Source: a bacterium
GTDB lineage: Bacteria; Bacillota_I; Bacilli_A; RF39; UBA660
Length of the DNA: 32,166 nt
Direction of reading: 5' to 3'
NCBI GenBank assembly: GCA_029007415.1
Contig: JAQXHT010000051.1
Coordinates: 1 to 32,166, forward strand
A program made the translations under genes and the position numbers. Shown here in pieces: positions 30,233 to 32,166 of this stretch (its first letter is position 1; every line of letters starts with the position of its first letter). The notes below the pieces were generated by a model. The model saw only the letters and a program-made list of their open reading frames with translations. It was not told the DNA's origin and did no database searches.

Positions 30233-30591
30233 GTGTCAAAGATTAATCTTGTTTCCAATCTTACAGATTATGAGTTAGCTCATTACTTCCTCTAGTTAGT
30301 AACCTTAATCAATAACATACGGTTTAGATTAGCAATGATTATACTAATTTGTAGTAGGAATCTGGACGGGCCCCGAAGGAATTTGTTACATCACGATTAT
30401 TCAGGCTGCCTGAAGAAAACACGCTCCAAATATCTATTATAGAATAATTAGAATTGAAATAAAACGGAGACAGCAATATCTTTAATGCTTAGAACCTCGC
30501 ATTAGATTAACCTTGTTATTATTGCAATGTACAAATATTTTCTTAGCAATAATTATTAACTGAGAAAAGTATACATTATTTTTTCTGACAC
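30233..30591 (-). ncRNA. DGR template cassette 4 (TR4 30362-30474)
   Basis: TR reads LSPFYFNSNYSIIDIWSVFSSGSLNNRDVTNSFGARP (one codon shorter); bounded by gtgtca/tgacac. Confidence 0.82.
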
Positions 30592-30627
30592 TTTTGATAG
30601 AAAAATTATATTTTTATTTAAAATTAA

Positions 30628-31011
30628 TATGCCAAAGATTAATCTTGTTTCCAATCTTTTAGATTATGAGTTAGCTCATTACTTCCTCTAGTTATTAACC
30701 TTAATCAATAACATACGGTTTAGATTAGCAATGATTATACTAATTTGTAGTAGGAATCTGGACGGGCCCCGAAGGAATTCTCGACACTACCCCAATGATT
30801 CAACATGCCTGAAGGATTCACGTTCCAAACATTCGCACTAGAGTTATTTGAATTGAAGTTAGACGGAGACAGCGAACTTCTAAAACTAATGCTAGAATGG
30901 ATCAAAACCGCTATTAGATTAACCTTATATTATTTTTTATTATCAATGCACCAATATTCTTACAAATAGTATTATTAGTTATAAGATGTATACATTATTT
31001 TTTCTGGCATA
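30628..31011 (-). ncRNA. DGR template cassette 5 (TR5 30758-30873)
   Basis: TR reads LSPSNFNSNNSSANVWNVNPSGMLNHWGSVENSFGARP; bounded by tatgcca/tggcata. Confidence 0.88.
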
Positions 31012-31036
31012 AAATAATTTTGATATTTATATAGTA

Positions 31037-31399
31037 GTGCCAAAGATTAATCTTGTTTCCAATCTTACAGATTATGAGTTAGCTCATTACTTCCTCTAGT
31101 TACCAACCTTAATCAATAACATACGGTTAGATTAGCAATGATTATACTAATTTGTAGTAGGAATCTGGACGGGCCCCGAAGGAATTATTGACGTTATTCC
31201 AGTCAAGACTGCCTGAAGGCTGCACCGTCCAAACGTTAGCGTGAGAATTACCTGAGTTGAATTTAGACGGAGACAGTGAAAAAGAAATCCAAGTGAGAGA
31301 ACCGTTTTTAGATTAACCTTTTCTTTATGTTCAATGTACCAATATTTTTTCTGAATAATTAATTTAATCAAAGAAAGTATACATTATTTTTTCTGGCAC
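31037..31399 (-). ncRNA. DGR template cassette 6 (TR6 31165-31277)
   Basis: TR reads LSPSKFNSGNSHANVWTVQPSGSLDWNNVNNSFGARP (one codon shorter); bounded by gtgcca/tggcac. Confidence 0.86.
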
Positions 31400-31441
31400 G
31401 TTTTAAGTAATATAAATTTTTTCAAATATATTTTATAGATG

Positions 31442-31810
31442 TATGCCAAAGATTAATCTTGTTTCCAATCTTTAGATTATGAGTTAACTCATTACTTCCT
31501 CTAGTTATCAACCTTAATCAATAACATACGGTTAGATTAGCAATGATTATACTAATTTGTAGTAGGAATCTGGACGGGCCCCGAAGGAATTTGCAACATA
31601 CGTCCAATCATTCAGACTGCCCGAAGGATTCACGTTCCAAACGTTCGACTGTGAGTTGTTTGAATCGAAGTTAGACGGAGACAGCGAAAGGACAAACAAA
31701 CAGAAAGAGTCCGTTAGTAGATTAACCTTATTTATATTTATTTAATGCATCAATATTCTTACAAATAATTATATTAGTTGCAAGATGTATACATTACCTT
31801 TTCTGGCATA
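31442..31810 (-). ncRNA. DGR template cassette 7 (TR7 31570-31685)
   Basis: TR reads LSPSNFDSNNSQSNVWNVNPSGSLNDWTYVANSFGARP; bounded by tatgcca/tggcata. Confidence 0.88.
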
Positions 31811-31816
31811 AATTAA

Positions 31817-31842
31817 AGGCAAAATGATGAGTCATTTTGCCT
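31817..31842 (-). terminator. Perfect hairpin after target gene (terminator and/or DGR homing hairpin)
   Basis: aggcaaaatga-tgag-tcattttgcct: 11-bp stem, 4-nt loop, 5 nt past the stop codon. Confidence 0.7.
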
Positions 31843-31847
31843 AGAAA

Positions 31848-32165
31848 CTAACTTATTGAAACAACATATGGATTTAAAGCAGTTCCATCTCCCTTGGTTA
31901 TCAGTGTATCAGCCTTTAGGTTGATAACTGGACGGGCCCCGAAGGAAGACGAGACGTAAATCCAGTCAAGCAGACCGCCCGAAGGAAGGACGTACCAAAC
32001 GTACGCAAGAGAGTAGTATGAAGAGAAGTAAGACGGAGACAGCGTCCAGAAATATTGGCCATTATATAGATAATAATTACTATTTGCTGTATTATATACT
32101 CCTCCAGCCATTGCTACTTCATCGGCTGTGATAAGTGAAACTGGATAGTCTAGTTTGGCACTTGC
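31848..32165 (-). CDS. DGR target protein, C-terminal part (probable C-type lectin-fold variable domain); 5' end outside window
   Basis: Frame open to window edge: ASAKLDYPVSLITADEVAMAGG...FWTLSP[VR]GARPVINL; WxxS...GxRP framing is typical of CLec DGR targets. Confidence 0.9.
   Translation of the reverse strand, partial: ASAKLDYPVSLITADEVAMAGGVYNTANSNYYLYNGQYFWTLSPSYFSSYYSLAYVWYVLPSGGLLDWIYVSSSFGARPVINLKADTLITKGDGTALNPYVVSIS
31928..32043 (-). repeat. DGR variable repeat (VR)
   Basis: 116 bp colinear with TR3; encodes LSPSYFSSYYSLAYVWYVLPSGGLLDWIYVSSSFGARP. Confidence 0.95.
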
Positions 32166-32166
32166 A

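Larger units (their letters stand above)
26473..32166 (-). mobile_element. Diversity-generating retroelement with a seven-TR array
   Basis: RT + Avd + MutS-I-like gene + TR/VR pair differing only at adenines; extends beyond window. Confidence 0.95.

Noticed and set aside
31147-31371. 74-aa ORF in the ORF track
   Set aside because: Chance frame across cassette 6, not in the VR frame and with no counterpart listed for the other units
28477-31685. Silent VR gene cassettes or pseudogenes of the target
   Set aside because: Homology to the target stops exactly at the VR limits, most units are AAC/AAT-rich, and each has its own non-coding scaffold; use as recombination donors is not excluded
28349-31810. 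CRISPR array
   Set aside because: Constant parts exceed 100 bp, the variable parts are homologous to each other and to the VR, and no cas genes are present
28349-31810. Assembly artefact from collapsed strain variants
   Set aside because: Units have unique spacers, linkers and compensatory end changes; unlikely, though long reads are needed for certainty
32109-32111. ATG 32111 as start of an 87-aa protein
   Set aside because: Frame stays open and protein-like to the window edge; the gene is partial

Overview
AT-rich chromosomal segment from a low-GC Bacillota organism. Small SMC, L27 with a Prp-cleaved extension and archaeal/eukaryote-type ProRS suggest a reduced-genome Bacilli lineage (inference). 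Bases 1-26.4 kb are mostly housekeeping genes: proS, rhomboid, RluA-family synthase, lspA, dnaE, rpmB, trmL, M18 peptidase, DD-carboxypeptidase, smc, obgE, rpmA-prp-rplU, SNF2 helicase, rsmD. Two accessory loci stand out. (1) 17.46-18.46 kb: three ~383-bp tandem units that look like type I toxin-antitoxin modules, with 30-aa hydrophobic peptides missed by the ORF track and convergent sRNAs. (2) 26.47-32.17 kb, minus strand: a diversity-generating retroelement (target gene with VR, MutS-I-like gene, avd, RT) carrying an array of SEVEN different template-repeat cassettes instead of one TR. Each ~360-386-bp cassette has near-identical non-coding flanks, is closed by a covarying terminal inverted repeat, and holds a distinct in-frame 113/116-bp TR. 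The visible VR matches only TR3: 15 mismatches, all at TR adenines. All alignments and counts were done by eye, with no database searches.
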